64,000 nt of DNA. Origin: an uncultured Bdellovibrionales bacterium. Its GTDB lineage: Bacteria > Patescibacteriota > Minisyncoccia > Moranbacterales > UBA2206. The position numbers and the translations under genes are program-made. The stretch spans positions 15,779 to 79,778 of the forward strand of contig CAYLWX010000002.1 of the NCBI GenBank assembly GCA_964387895.1. Reading direction: 5' to 3'. Shown piece after piece: positions 1-8,955 of the stretch (its first letter is position 1; every line of letters starts with the position of its first letter). Below the pieces are notes generated by a model that saw nothing but the letters and a program-made list of their open reading frames with translations, did not search any database and was not told the origin of the DNA.

Positions 1-154
1 TGTTCGATATTCCGCATTTCATATCTTTCAACATTACTGCTACCGCGACTACCGGCCCTGCCAGCGGACCGCGACCGGCCTCATCAATACCTATAATGTT
101 CCGATAGCCCTTTCTATAAAGTTCCTGCTCTAAAATAAACGTTGATTTCTGCAT
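1..154 (-). CDS. rnhB: ribonuclease HII, N-terminal fragment (gene runs off the window start)
   Basis: Minus-strand translation from the ATG at 154 gives [40 protein letters not shown]. That is the conserved RNase HII N-terminal catalytic motif ([15 protein letters not shown]). Not in the ORF track because of the window edge. Confidence 0.7.
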   Translation of the reverse strand, partial: MQKSTFILEQELYRKGYRNIIGIDEAGRGPLAGPVVAVAVMLKDMKCGISN

Positions 155-313
155 AGTTTTATTATATAGTAAAAGTACCGCATCGGATAATTTTATCTCG
201 CAGCACCCATTGAGCGATCAGGGAAATGGAGATAAGTTAAAATATGAGAAAGTTTAGAGAAATAAATTTAGATTTGTTGTATGCAAAGCTTTTCCACAAG
301 TGGAAAGCTTTTT

Positions 314-396
314 AAATTTCCAATTCCCAATTTCCAATAAATGTCCAATGATTAAATTCCAAAATTTTGGACATTGGAAATTGGGAATTGGAAATT
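314..396. repeat. family-A dyad element: inverted arrays of 7-bp GGAAATT/GGGAATT units around a CCAAAATTTTGG centre
   Basis: Read directly. aaatttccaattcccaatttccaataaatgtccaa ... ttggacattggaaattgggaattggaaatt. Similar copies at 23836-23944 and 36496-36622. Sits between the divergent rnhB and dnaE starts. Confidence 0.75.
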
Positions 397-408
397 ACAG
401 CCATACCT

Positions 409-3400
409 ATGTCAAAATTTACTCATTTACACGTTCACTCTCATTATTCTTTATTGGATGGACTGGCAAAGATAGATGATCTTCTTGACCGCGCCAAAGA
501 ACTTGGCATGGATTCTTTAGCGCTTACTGATCACGGTGTGCTCTATGGCGCGATAGAATTTTTTATGAAAGCAAAGGAAAAAGGGATCAAGCCGGTTATT
601 GGATGCGAGATGTACGTAACGCCCAACGATCTTCACAGCAAAAACCCGACCAGTGAAGACCGCAAGCGGTATCATTTGATTCTTCTGGCAAAAAACGAGA
701 GGGGATACAAAAATCTCATGAAACTTATTTCCATCGCGCATCTGGAAGGATTTTATTACAAACCTCGCATTGACCGGAGTGCGCTCCGGGAATACGCGGA
801 AGGACTCATCGGCCTTTCCGCCTGCGCGGAAGGAGAAGTTCCGGCTAATGTCATTATGGGACAAACAGGCAAGGCAGAAGAGCTGGCGCTGGAATACCAG
901 GATATTTTTGGGAAAGGCAACTTCTATTTAGAAATTCAATGCCATCCCAATTTCACTCCCCAGCAAACCGCCAACGACGGATTGATTCAGATTTCAAAAA
1001 AACATACCATTCCGCTGGTCGCGACCAATGACATTCACTATGTAAAAAAAGAAGACGCGCCTATTCAGGATATTTTGCTCTGCATCCAGACCAACAAAAA
1101 AGTAGATGTGAAAGATCGGATGAATTTGATGGATTTTGAGTTACATCTCAAAAGTCCGGAAGAAATGGAAAATCATTTTAGAGACATTCCCGAGGCGATC
1201 AGTAACACCCAGGAAATAGTGGATAAATGCCAGATGGAGATTACTTTGGGCGAAACCCAACTCCCTATCTATGAGGTGCCGGAAGGATTTACGCCTGAAA
1301 GTTACCTTCGCGCACTTACCGAAGAAGGGCTGCAAAAAAGATTCAACCAACAAATCACTTCCCAGCGACAAGAGAGAATGGAATATGAGCTGGAAGTAAT
1401 CGAAAAAACCGGATTTGCTTCGTACTTTCTGATCGTGCAGGACTTTGTAAACTGGGCTAAAAACCAGGGAATTGTAGTCGGTCCCGGACGAGGCAGCGCC
1501 GCCGGAAGCTTTGTGTCCTACCTCATCGGAATTACTAATATTGATCCTATTAAATATGATTTGCTTTTTGAACGATTTTTGAATCCGGAAAGAATTTCCA
1601 TGCCTGATGTTGACATGGATTTCGCGGACGACAGGCGCGATGAAGTACTGGAGTATGTCCGAAAAAAATACGGCAATGACCACGTGGCGCAAATTATTAC
1701 TTTTGGAACTATGGCCGCCCGCGCCGCGATCCGCGACGCGGGAAGAGCGCTGGGACTGCCGTATGATTTTTGCGATAAAACCGCGAAGCTTATTCCCATG
1801 TTTTCTTCTATTGAAAAAGCGCTGGAAGAAGTGAAGGAATTTAAGGATTTATACGCGAGCGGAGAGGACGCCAAACGTCTCATAGACAGCGCGAAACGAT
1901 TGGAAGGAGTCGCCCGCCACGCCTCCATGCATGCTTGCGGAGTAGTGATCACCAAAGATCCGGTTACGGAATATACCCCGTTACAGAATATTACTAAAAA
2001 AGGGAAAGAAAAAAGCGAGGGAACGGTTACCCAGTATTCCGCTTCCACTAAAAGCAGCTTTGTGGAAAAGATCGGCCTGCTAAAGATGGATTTTTTAGGT
2101 CTGAAAAATCTCACCATCATCCAAAATACGTTGCGCATCGTCAGGAAAACAAGTGGAATAGATATTAATATTGATGACATCCCTTCCGATGATAAAGAAA
2201 CCTTCGCGCTTCTCCAGCGCGCGGAAACTACGGGAGTATTCCAATTGGAAAGTTCGGGTATGAAGCGGTATCTCAAACAGCTTTCCCCCACCGTTTTTGA
2301 AGACATTATCGCCATGGTCGCGCTCTACCGCCCGGGTCCGATGGATTGGATTCCGGATTTTATCGCCCGAAAACACGGCAAAAAGGAAATGACTTACCTT
2401 CATCCAAAATTAAAACCCATCCTGGAAAAAACCTACGGCGTGGCGGTATACCAGGAACAGGTCATGCAAATCGCGAGGGACCTGGCCGGATTTTCCCTGG
2501 GCGAAGCGGACGTGTTGCGAAAAGCCATGGGGAAAAAGATTTTCGCGTTGATTACTGAACAAAAATTGAAGTTTGTCGAAGGGTGCGCAAGCCAGGGAGT
2601 AGATAAAAAAATCGGCGAGAAAGTGTTTGAATTTATTGAACCGTTTGCCGGCTACGGATTTAACCGCTCCCACGCGGCCTGTTACGCGCTAATCGGCTAT
2701 CAAACGGCATATCTCAAAGCCCGCTTTCCCGCCGCGTTCATGGCCGCGCTACTCACGTCAGACCAAAATGATACCGACCGGGTAGCCATCGAAGTTTCTG
2801 AATGCCGCGATATGGGCATCGAAGTACTGCCGCCGCATGTGAATGAGAGCTTTGAAGAATTCGCAGTAATCGTAGATGAGGGAGAAAATAAAAAAGAACG
2901 GATCCGCTTTGGTCTCAACGCTATTAAAAACGTCGGCCACACCGTCGCGCGTGAAATTGTGGAAGAAAGAAAACGCGGCGGAAAATTTAAAAGCCTCACT
3001 GATTTTATCGAGCGAGTGCATACGAAAGATTTAAACAAAAAATCACTGGAAGCGCTGGCGAAAGTCGGCGCGCTGGAAGGATTTGGAGAACGCAATCAAA
3101 TCCTTTCTTCTATGGATACTATTCTCGCTCACGCGAAAAATTTTCAAAATCTAAAAAATTCCAGCCAGCGCAGCCTCTTCGGAGCTGACGCGATGAAGCT
3201 TCCGGAAATTTCTCTCGTCCCCACCCAACCATCCTCCAAAAAGCAATTGCTTTCCTGGGAAAAAGAACTGCTGGGACTCTATATAAGCGACCACCCCACC
3301 AAAGAATACAAAGAATATTTTCAACGCATGGCGGTACCCATCAAAGAAATCAACGCCCAGATGGTAGGGGAAAATATTCACGTGGGAGGAGTAGTTTCCA

Positions 3401-3921
3401 AGGTGCAAAAGATTTTTCTGAAAAGCCAGCAGACCATGTATTTTGTGACCATTGAAGACATGGAAGGAAAAATCGAAATTCTGGTGTTTCCCAAAATTCT
3501 TGAAACTACCCAACTCACGTGGGAAGAAGATAAAATTGTGCTAGTTCACGGAAAACTGTCTGATAAAGACGGAGTATTTAAACTTTTATGCGACGATGTA
3601 AAAGCAGTAAACGATCAGGAAATTAAAGAGTTTAAAAGAATTATGAATACTCAAAAATCAAACGGTGCTACCGCGTCTTCTTACATGGATCAATTTTCTC
3701 AAAAATCCCAGAAACTCATAATCACCCTTCCGCCCAATTGCGACCAGACTACTCTCCAAAAACTTTCCCAGTTTTTAAGCCATTGCAAGGAAGGAGCCAT
3801 GAGGGTATATCTGGTGGTAAACAGCGCGAAAGTGGAAACTTCCTATCAGATTAATAACCGGGAATATTTGCTGGATGATTTGAAAGTGATTGTGCCGGGG
3901 AGTAAGGTGGAAGTGACGTAA
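409..3921 (+). CDS. dnaE: DNA polymerase III alpha subunit
   Basis: ORF 367-3921. PHP domain HLHVHSHYSLLDG at the N-terminus, polymerase core, OB-fold C-terminus. The track start at 367 is TTG inside the family-A repeat. ATG at 409 (MSKFTHLHVHS) is the likely start. Confidence 0.9.
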   Translation: MSKFTHLHVHSHYSLLDGLAKIDDLLDRAKELGMDSLALTDHGVLYGAIEFFMKAKEKGIKPVIGCEMYVTPNDLHSKNPTSEDRKRYHLILLAKNERGYKNLMKLISIAHLEGFYYKPRIDRSALREYAEGLIGLSACAEGEVPANVIMGQTGKAEELALEYQDIFGKGNFYLEIQCHPNFTPQQTANDGLIQISKKHTIPLVATNDIHYVKKEDAPIQDILLCIQTNKKVDVKDRMNLMDFELHLKSPEEMENHFRDIPEAISNTQEIVDKCQMEITLGETQLPIYEVPEGFTPESYLRALTEEGLQKRFNQQITSQRQERMEYELEVIEKTGFASYFLIVQDFVNWAKNQGIVVGPGRGSAAGSFVSYLIGITNIDPIKYDLLFERFLNPERISMPDVDMDFADDRRDEVLEYVRKKYGNDHVAQIITFGTMAARAAIRDAGRALGLPYDFCDKTAKLIPMFSSIEKALEEVKEFKDLYASGEDAKRLIDSAKRLEGVARHASMHACGVVITKDPVTEYTPLQNITKKGKEKSEGTVTQYSASTKSSFVEKIGLLKMDFLGLKNLTIIQNTLRIVRKTSGIDINIDDIPSDDKETFALLQRAETTGVFQLESSGMKRYLKQLSPTVFEDIIAMVALYRPGPMDWIPDFIARKHGKKEMTYLHPKLKPILEKTYGVAVYQEQVMQIARDLAGFSLGEADVLRKAMGKKIFALITEQKLKFVEGCASQGVDKKIGEKVFEFIEPFAGYGFNRSHAACYALIGYQTAYLKARFPAAFMAALLTSDQNDTDRVAIEVSECRDMGIEVLPPHVNESFEEFAVIVDEGENKKERIRFGLNAIKNVGHTVAREIVEERKRGGKFKSLTDFIERVHTKDLNKKSLEALAKVGALEGFGERNQILSSMDTILAHAKNFQNLKNSSQRSLFGADAMKLPEISLVPTQPSSKKQLLSWEKELLGLYISDHPTKEYKEYFQRMAVPIKEINAQMVGENIHVGGVVSKVQKIFLKSQQTMYFVTIEDMEGKIEILVFPKILETTQLTWEEDKIVLVHGKLSDKDGVFKLLCDDVKAVNDQEIKEFKRIMNTQKSNGATASSYMDQFSQKSQKLIITLPPNCDQTTLQKLSQFLSHCKEGAMRVYLVVNSAKVETSYQINNREYLLDDLKVIVPGSKVEVT

Positions 3922-4025
3922 AAAATATTATTCCTGTTGGACTTTTTTATACTTTCATGATAAAAAAGCTTTAGCAGTTTTCGCTCCTCTTTTTAACACT
4001 ATTATAAAAAACAAGGAGGCTGGAG

Positions 4026-4310
4026 ATGCCTGGCATTCACATCACAAACGAGATGGATTACCCAGAAAAAAAGAAACGAGTTAGAACAAGAAGGAGGAGT
4101 AAATTCCAAAGGGAAAACATAAGAAAAGATAAGTCAACCGGAAAACGAACATGCGATTATCCAGGATGTATCACCATCCTGAGCACAACTAACCCCGGTC
4201 CTTTTTGTTGTTATCATACTGGAGAGCTGGCCAGAAAAAAAATGGATGAGGAAATTAAAAAGTATAACTATGACGGAATGCCCATAGGAAAGCATTCCTC
4301 AAAAAAGTGA
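4026..4310 (+). CDS. hypothetical small basic protein with Cys/His cluster (possible Zn-binding)
   Basis: 94-aa ORF preceded by AAGGAGG and followed by a rho-independent terminator. No recognisable family. Confidence 0.45.
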   Translation: MPGIHITNEMDYPEKKKRVRTRRRSKFQRENIRKDKSTGKRTCDYPGCITILSTTNPGPFCCYHTGELARKKMDEEIKKYNYDGMPIGKHSSKK

Positions 4311-4314
4311 CCGA

Positions 4315-4352
4315 GGGAGGCAAGGGATAGACCTTGCCTCCGTTTTATTTAT
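4315..4352 (+). terminator. rho-independent terminator
   Basis: ggaggcaagg-gataga-ccttgcctcc hairpin followed by a T-tract (gttttatttattt), immediately after the 4026-4310 ORF. Confidence 0.6.
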
Positions 4353-4362
4353 TTCATGACAA

Positions 4363-4392
4363 TTGACTACTCTCTTTCTTTTCCTCTATAAT
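4363..4392 (+). promoter_or_regulatory. sigma70-like promoter (TTGACT, 18-bp spacer, TATAAT) for thrS; TSS would fall at or near the ATG
   Basis: TTGACT at 4363-4368, TATAAT at 4387-4392, thrS ATG at 4400 with no SD. Possibly a leaderless mRNA. Confidence 0.4.
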
Positions 4393-4399
4393 AAGGCTT

Positions 4400-6172
4400 A
4401 TGAACAAGAAATATTCAGAAGACCAACATTCTAAATTGTCGATCCTTCGCCACTCCGCTGCCCATGTGCTTGCGACAGCAGTATTGGAGATGTTTCCGGA
4501 GACTAAGTTCGGCATGGGACCCGCGATTGAGAACGGATTTTATTATGACTTTGATCTGCCTCGCACGTTGATTCCCGAAGATCTGGAAATTTTGGAATCA
4601 AAGATGAGAGAGATTATTAAGCTCAATCATTCTTTTGAACGGGCGGAAGTTTCCACCAAAGAAGCCAGAGAAGATTTTGAAAAACTGGGGCAAACTTATA
4701 AAGTAGAAATTGTCAACGACCTAGAAAAAGAAAAGAACGAAAAAGTTTCCGTGTATAAATCCGGTCCTTTCGTGGATTTATGCGCCGGCCCGCACGTGGA
4801 TTCCACCGGAGAAATAAACCCCAACGCATTTAAGCTCACCAAAATATCCGGCGCGTATTGGAAAGGAAATGAAAAAAATAAACAGCTGCAAAGGATTTAC
4901 GGCGTGGTATTTGAAACGGAAAAAGAATTACAGGATTACCCGAACGCGTTGGAAGAGGCAGAGAAAAGAGATCACCGGAAAATAGGAAAAGAGTTGGATT
5001 TGTTTGTATTCTCTGACCTGGTGGGCAAGGGATTGCCGCTTCTTACCCCTAAGGGGTCGATTATCCGGCAGGAATTGGAACGATTCATTGTTGATGAAGA
5101 AACTAAAAGAGGATATTCCAGGACTTATACCCCTGAACTGGCTAAAGTAGAGCTGTACAAAAAATCCGGCCATTGGGATCATTATCAGGACAGCATGTAT
5201 CCTGCCATAGAAGTAGACGGGGAACAATATGTGTTGCGGCCCATGACTTGCCCGCACCAGTTTATGATCTATAATTCCCGCCCGAGAAGTTACAGGGAAC
5301 TTCCTATCCGCTACGCCGAAATAGCCAAACTCTATCGCAAGGAACAATCAGGAGAATTATCCGGATTAATCCGTGTGATGAGTTTTTCTTTGGTGGATGC
5401 CCATATCATTTGCCGCCCCGATCAAGTGGAAGAAGAATTTATGAAGGTGGTGGATTTAGTTCAATATGGCATGAAAGTGCTTGGCATAACTGATTTTTGG
5501 TACCGCTTTTCCAAGTGGGATCCCGACAATAAAGAAAAGTATATTAATAATCCAGGAGCCTGGGAAACTACGCAAGCGTCCATGAAAAAAATACTGGATC
5601 ACCTGCGTCTTGAATATGTCGAAGCCGAAAACGAGGCCGCTTTTTACGGTCCGAAGCTGGACGTGCAAATGAGAAACGTAAATGGAAAAGAAGATACGGC
5701 TTTTACCATTCAAATTGATTTTGCCATGCCGGAACGTTTCGATATGAGTTACATTGACGAAAATGGCAAGCACCAGCGGCCCATGGTTATTCACCGGTCT
5801 TCCATCGGATGCATTGAAAGAACCATGGCCTTCCTCATCGAACACTACGCCGGCGCGTTTCCCGTCTGGCTCTCCCCTGTCCAGGTTGCCATTATCCCTG
5901 TTTCAGAAAAATTCAACGAATATGCTTCTACTGTGGAACAAAAATTAAAAGAAGCCAATATTCGAGTAGAATTCCACGACGCAAACGAGCCGCTTGGCAA
6001 GCGCATCCGCGAAGCCGAAATGCAAAAAATCCCTTACATGCTCGTAGTCGGAGAAAAAGAATCCGCATCGGGAAACGTCACCGTGCGAGAGAGAGGAAAA
6101 AAAGAACAGGAGACGATTTTGCTGGAAGAGTTTGCGGAGAAGATTAAAACAAAGATTGGGGAGAGAAAATAG
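4400..6172 (+). CDS. thrS: threonine--tRNA ligase (lacks the N-terminal TGS domain)
   Basis: Editing-domain motif HSAAHVL...GPAIENGFYYDF, class II core and anticodon-binding domain. 590 aa, starting at the equivalent of E. coli residue ~65. Confidence 0.9.
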   Translation: MNKKYSEDQHSKLSILRHSAAHVLATAVLEMFPETKFGMGPAIENGFYYDFDLPRTLIPEDLEILESKMREIIKLNHSFERAEVSTKEAREDFEKLGQTYKVEIVNDLEKEKNEKVSVYKSGPFVDLCAGPHVDSTGEINPNAFKLTKISGAYWKGNEKNKQLQRIYGVVFETEKELQDYPNALEEAEKRDHRKIGKELDLFVFSDLVGKGLPLLTPKGSIIRQELERFIVDEETKRGYSRTYTPELAKVELYKKSGHWDHYQDSMYPAIEVDGEQYVLRPMTCPHQFMIYNSRPRSYRELPIRYAEIAKLYRKEQSGELSGLIRVMSFSLVDAHIICRPDQVEEEFMKVVDLVQYGMKVLGITDFWYRFSKWDPDNKEKYINNPGAWETTQASMKKILDHLRLEYVEAENEAAFYGPKLDVQMRNVNGKEDTAFTIQIDFAMPERFDMSYIDENGKHQRPMVIHRSSIGCIERTMAFLIEHYAGAFPVWLSPVQVAIIPVSEKFNEYASTVEQKLKEANIRVEFHDANEPLGKRIREAEMQKIPYMLVVGEKESASGNVTVRERGKKEQETILLEEFAEKIKTKIGERK

Positions 6173-6224
6173 AAAATCCGTACAATAAAAAGCAAGAAGA
6201 GCAGTCCTAAAGGACCAGCTTTTT

Positions 6225-6335
6225 TTGTCTGAACCACTGATTCGCACATGATTACCCTGATTCCACTGATTATTTTATTTATACCAATTAATCAGTGCAA
6301 TCATGAAAATCAGTGATAATCAGTGGTTCAGACAA
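6225..6335. repeat. family-D palindromic element (TTGTCTGAACCACTGATT ... AATCAGTGGTTCAGACAA), empty form
   Basis: ~110-bp near-perfect dyad with internal CACTGATT/AATCAGTG sub-repeats. Lies between the thrS stop and the miaB start. Copies at 14178-14487 (carrying a nested element), 55819-55927 and a degenerate one at 7598-8004. Confidence 0.75.
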
Positions 6336-6340
6336 TTATT

Positions 6341-7612
6341 ATGAAGTATTACATCAAAACTTTCGGCTGCCAGATGAATCACTCCGACTCCGAAAGGATT
6401 GCCCGATACTTTGAAGAGAATAATATCGAATCGGCTTCAGATGTACATGAAGCTGATTTAGTTATGTTCAATACCTGCGGCGTGCGACAGATGGCGGAAG
6501 ATCGGATCTACGGACAGATCCATAATTTACGCAAGGCAAACCCAGATATAAAGATTGTGCTCACTGGCTGCCTTGCCAACCGCCAGGATGTGCGGAAAAA
6601 AATTTCGAGTAAAGTAGATTTATTTGTCGAGATAAAAAACATCGGCAGCGCGCTTGCCCAACTGGGTCTCGACCAAAAAGAATACACCCGCGATTACTTA
6701 TCTCTCCTGCCGAAACATACCAACAATTTCCAGGCATACATCCCCATCATGACCGGCTGCGATAATTTCTGCGCCTATTGCGTCGTGCCCTACGCGCGGG
6801 GAAGAGAAACTTCGCTTCTGGCAAAGGAAATTCTGGAAGAAATAAAAAATTTAGCGGCGCGAGGATGCAAAGAAATTATTCTCTTAGGACAAAATGTGAA
6901 CAGCTACCGCGATGGAACTGTAAATTTTCCCCGACTTTTACGAAAAGCAAACGCTATCCCCGGAAAATTTTGGATTCAGTTTATTTCTTCTCATCCCAAA
7001 GACGCGACTGATGAATTTATTAAAACTATAACCAAATTAAAGAAAGTTTGCGAGTATATTCACCTTCCTGTTCAATCCGGAGATGATGAAATATTGCAAC
7101 GCATGAATCGAAAGTACACCGCTAAACATTACTTACAACTGGTGAGAAAAATAAAACAGTCGTTTAAAAAATATAAACCAGACATGCTTTATTCTCTCAC
7201 TTCAGACATTATCGTCGGTTTCCCGGGAGAAACTCGCGCGCGATTCATGGAGTCAGCCAAAATCATGGAAAAAGCTAATTACGACATGGTTTATTTCGGC
7301 CAATATTCCCCCCGCCCCAACACCGCCGCATGGAAAATGAAAGATAATGTTTCCAAAAAAGAAAAAGTCCGTCGGGAGAAATATTTAAATAATATTCTCA
7401 AAAAAACTTCTTCGAATAATAACAAAAAATATTTGAAAAAAATAATTGAAGTGCTGGTAGAAAAAGAAGAAGGCGGTTATTATTTTGGCAGAACAAGAAC
7501 CAGCAAGCATGTGAAGTTTCCTGTAAGTAAAGAAAATCTTGTGGGAAAATTTACAAAAGTGAAAATAGTTAAGGCGAATGTGTGGAACCTTGAAGGATTG
7601 TCTGAACCATGA
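6341..7612 (+). CDS. miaB: tRNA-i6A37 methylthiotransferase (MiaB family radical SAM, MTTase + TRAM)
   Basis: MKYYIKTFGCQMNHSDSE N-terminal MTTase domain, radical-SAM CxxxCxxC (CDNFCAYC), C-terminal TRAM. The ORF-track start at 6323 is GTG inside the repeat. ATG at 6341 preferred. Confidence 0.8.
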   Translation: MKYYIKTFGCQMNHSDSERIARYFEENNIESASDVHEADLVMFNTCGVRQMAEDRIYGQIHNLRKANPDIKIVLTGCLANRQDVRKKISSKVDLFVEIKNIGSALAQLGLDQKEYTRDYLSLLPKHTNNFQAYIPIMTGCDNFCAYCVVPYARGRETSLLAKEILEEIKNLAARGCKEIILLGQNVNSYRDGTVNFPRLLRKANAIPGKFWIQFISSHPKDATDEFIKTITKLKKVCEYIHLPVQSGDDEILQRMNRKYTAKHYLQLVRKIKQSFKKYKPDMLYSLTSDIIVGFPGETRARFMESAKIMEKANYDMVYFGQYSPRPNTAAWKMKDNVSKKEKVRREKYLNNILKKTSSNNNKKYLKKIIEVLVEKEEGGYYFGRTRTSKHVKFPVSKENLVGKFTKVKIVKANVWNLEGLSEP

Positions 7613-8004
7613 TTTGCTTGATTTAATGATTTCATGATTACACCTCCAAGCAGGTTCAAGCGTCTCACTTGAACCTTGGATTTCTGACAGGCTATAGTCC
7701 GCAAGAAACTAAAAGTTCAGGCGTCTCGCCTGAACTTGTAAGAAGTAAAAAATGATTTTATATTTTTAGGGCTTACGCATTTGACTGTCTTTTGTCATTC
7801 CCGTGTAGACGGGAATCCAGGAGAATACGACATATTTATCCTATAATAATCCAGTTATAGAGCAAAAAGAAACTAAATCAGCTTTGTTATGTATATCGTT
7901 TTCCTCGATGAATCCTGGATCCCCGCCTACGCGGGGATGACAAATGCGTAAGTCCTAATTTTGATTTGTCATTTTGATTTTTGATTTTTACATTTTTCAT
8001 TTTT
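7598..8004. repeat. composite repeat region: truncated family-D arms enclosing two small GCGTCTC-loop hairpins and a reverse-oriented family-E MITE-like element
   Basis: Left D arm ttgtctgaaccatgatttgcttgattt overlaps the last miaB codons. Hairpins at 7648-7678 and 7715-7735. E copy at 7771-7953. A partial D right arm (gtcattttgatttttgattttt) runs into the miaA start. Confidence 0.6.
7771..7953 (-). mobile_element. family-E MITE-like element (GC-rich hairpin terminal inverted repeats), copy 1, reverse orientation
   Basis: TIRs gtcattcccgtgtagacgggaatccagga / tcctggatccccgcctacgcggggatgac. Outer cttacgcatttg / caaatgcgtaag. The internal ~95 bp is ~80% identical (as reverse complement) to copies at 14231-14413 and 21145-21313. 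Confidence 0.5.
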
Positions 8005-8018
8005 ATTATAAAAAAAAT

Positions 8019-8912
8019 ATGAAAAAAATTATCGTCATCCTTGGTCCTACTTCTTCCGGAAAGTCCGATATTGCCATCAAACTTGCCCGGAAATTTAACG
8101 GCGAGATAATTTCGGCTGATTCCCGGCAGGTGTATCGCGGTATGGATTTGGGAACAGGAAAAGTTTCCAAAAAAGAACAGCAACTGGCGCCGCATCATAT
8201 GTTGGATATCGTCAGCCCCAAAACGGACTACAACGCGGCTAAATTCAAAAAGCAAGTGGAAAAAGTTATTGTTGATATTTTGAAAAGAAAAAAATTGCCT
8301 ATCCTCTGTGGCGGAACCGGATTTTGGATTAAAGCTTTGGTGGATGACATAACTTTTCCTAAAGTAAAACCGGATTGGAAACTAAGGAAGAAACTGGAAG
8401 CATATTCTGCTGATAAGTTATTCAGCATGATTAAAAAACTGGACAAATCCAGAGCTGAAACCATTGATCGGCATAATAAAGTGAGATTAACCAGGGCTAT
8501 TGAAATATGCAAATCTATCGGGAAAGTACCACGAGAGAAGAAAGAAGCAAGCAGTAAGCAGTATGCGTTTTTGCAAATCGGCGTTAGTGTTCCAAAAGAA
8601 GAATTGCATGAAAGAATTAAGGCCCGTTTGGAAAAAAGGTTTACGCAAGGGATGATCCGTGAAGTAGAAAAGTTGCACGGACAAAATAACGTAAGCTGGA
8701 AGAGAATGGAATCGTTTGGATTGGAATACTATTGGATCGCGTTATATTTGCAGAAAAAAATTTCCAGGAAAGATTTGAAAGAAAAACTTTTTCAAGACAG
8801 TAAAAATTACGCCAAACGGCAGATGACGTGGTTTCGGAAAGGTGAGAGGATTGTGTGGCTGGGAAATTATGAGGAGATTGAAAAATACGTGAAGATGTTT
8901 TTGGAGAAATAA
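8019..8912 (+). CDS. miaA: tRNA dimethylallyltransferase
   Basis: MKKIIVILGPTSSGKSDIAIKLA P-loop, DSRQVYRGMDLGTGK motif. Typical MiaA. Start moved to the ATG at 8019 (the track ORF starts upstream within the repeat). Confidence 0.85.
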   Translation: MKKIIVILGPTSSGKSDIAIKLARKFNGEIISADSRQVYRGMDLGTGKVSKKEQQLAPHHMLDIVSPKTDYNAAKFKKQVEKVIVDILKRKKLPILCGGTGFWIKALVDDITFPKVKPDWKLRKKLEAYSADKLFSMIKKLDKSRAETIDRHNKVRLTRAIEICKSIGKVPREKKEASSKQYAFLQIGVSVPKEELHERIKARLEKRFTQGMIREVEKLHGQNNVSWKRMESFGLEYYWIALYLQKKISRKDLKEKLFQDSKNYAKRQMTWFRKGERIVWLGNYEEIEKYVKMFLEK

Positions 8913-8931
8913 AAATATTGAGAGCCGGCGC

Positions 8932-8955
8932 TAAATTGCGCCGGCTCTATTTTTA
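8932..8955. terminator. bidirectional rho-independent terminator between convergent miaA and the amidohydrolase gene
   Basis: gagccggcgc-taaatt-gcgccggctc perfect 10-bp stem, flanked by A-run and T-run. Confidence 0.6.

Noticed and set aside
517-3513. Antisense and alternate-frame ORFs inside dnaE (517-864, 1141-1692, 1518-2315, 2095-2403, 2700-3095 and others)
   Set aside because: They are embedded in a long, well-supported dnaE frame, have no motifs, and have low-complexity translations. Typical shadow ORFs.
3922-4025. Rho-independent terminator after dnaE
   Set aside because: No convincing GC-rich hairpin followed by a T-tract in the 100-bp spacer. Only AT-rich sequence and an SD for the next ORF.
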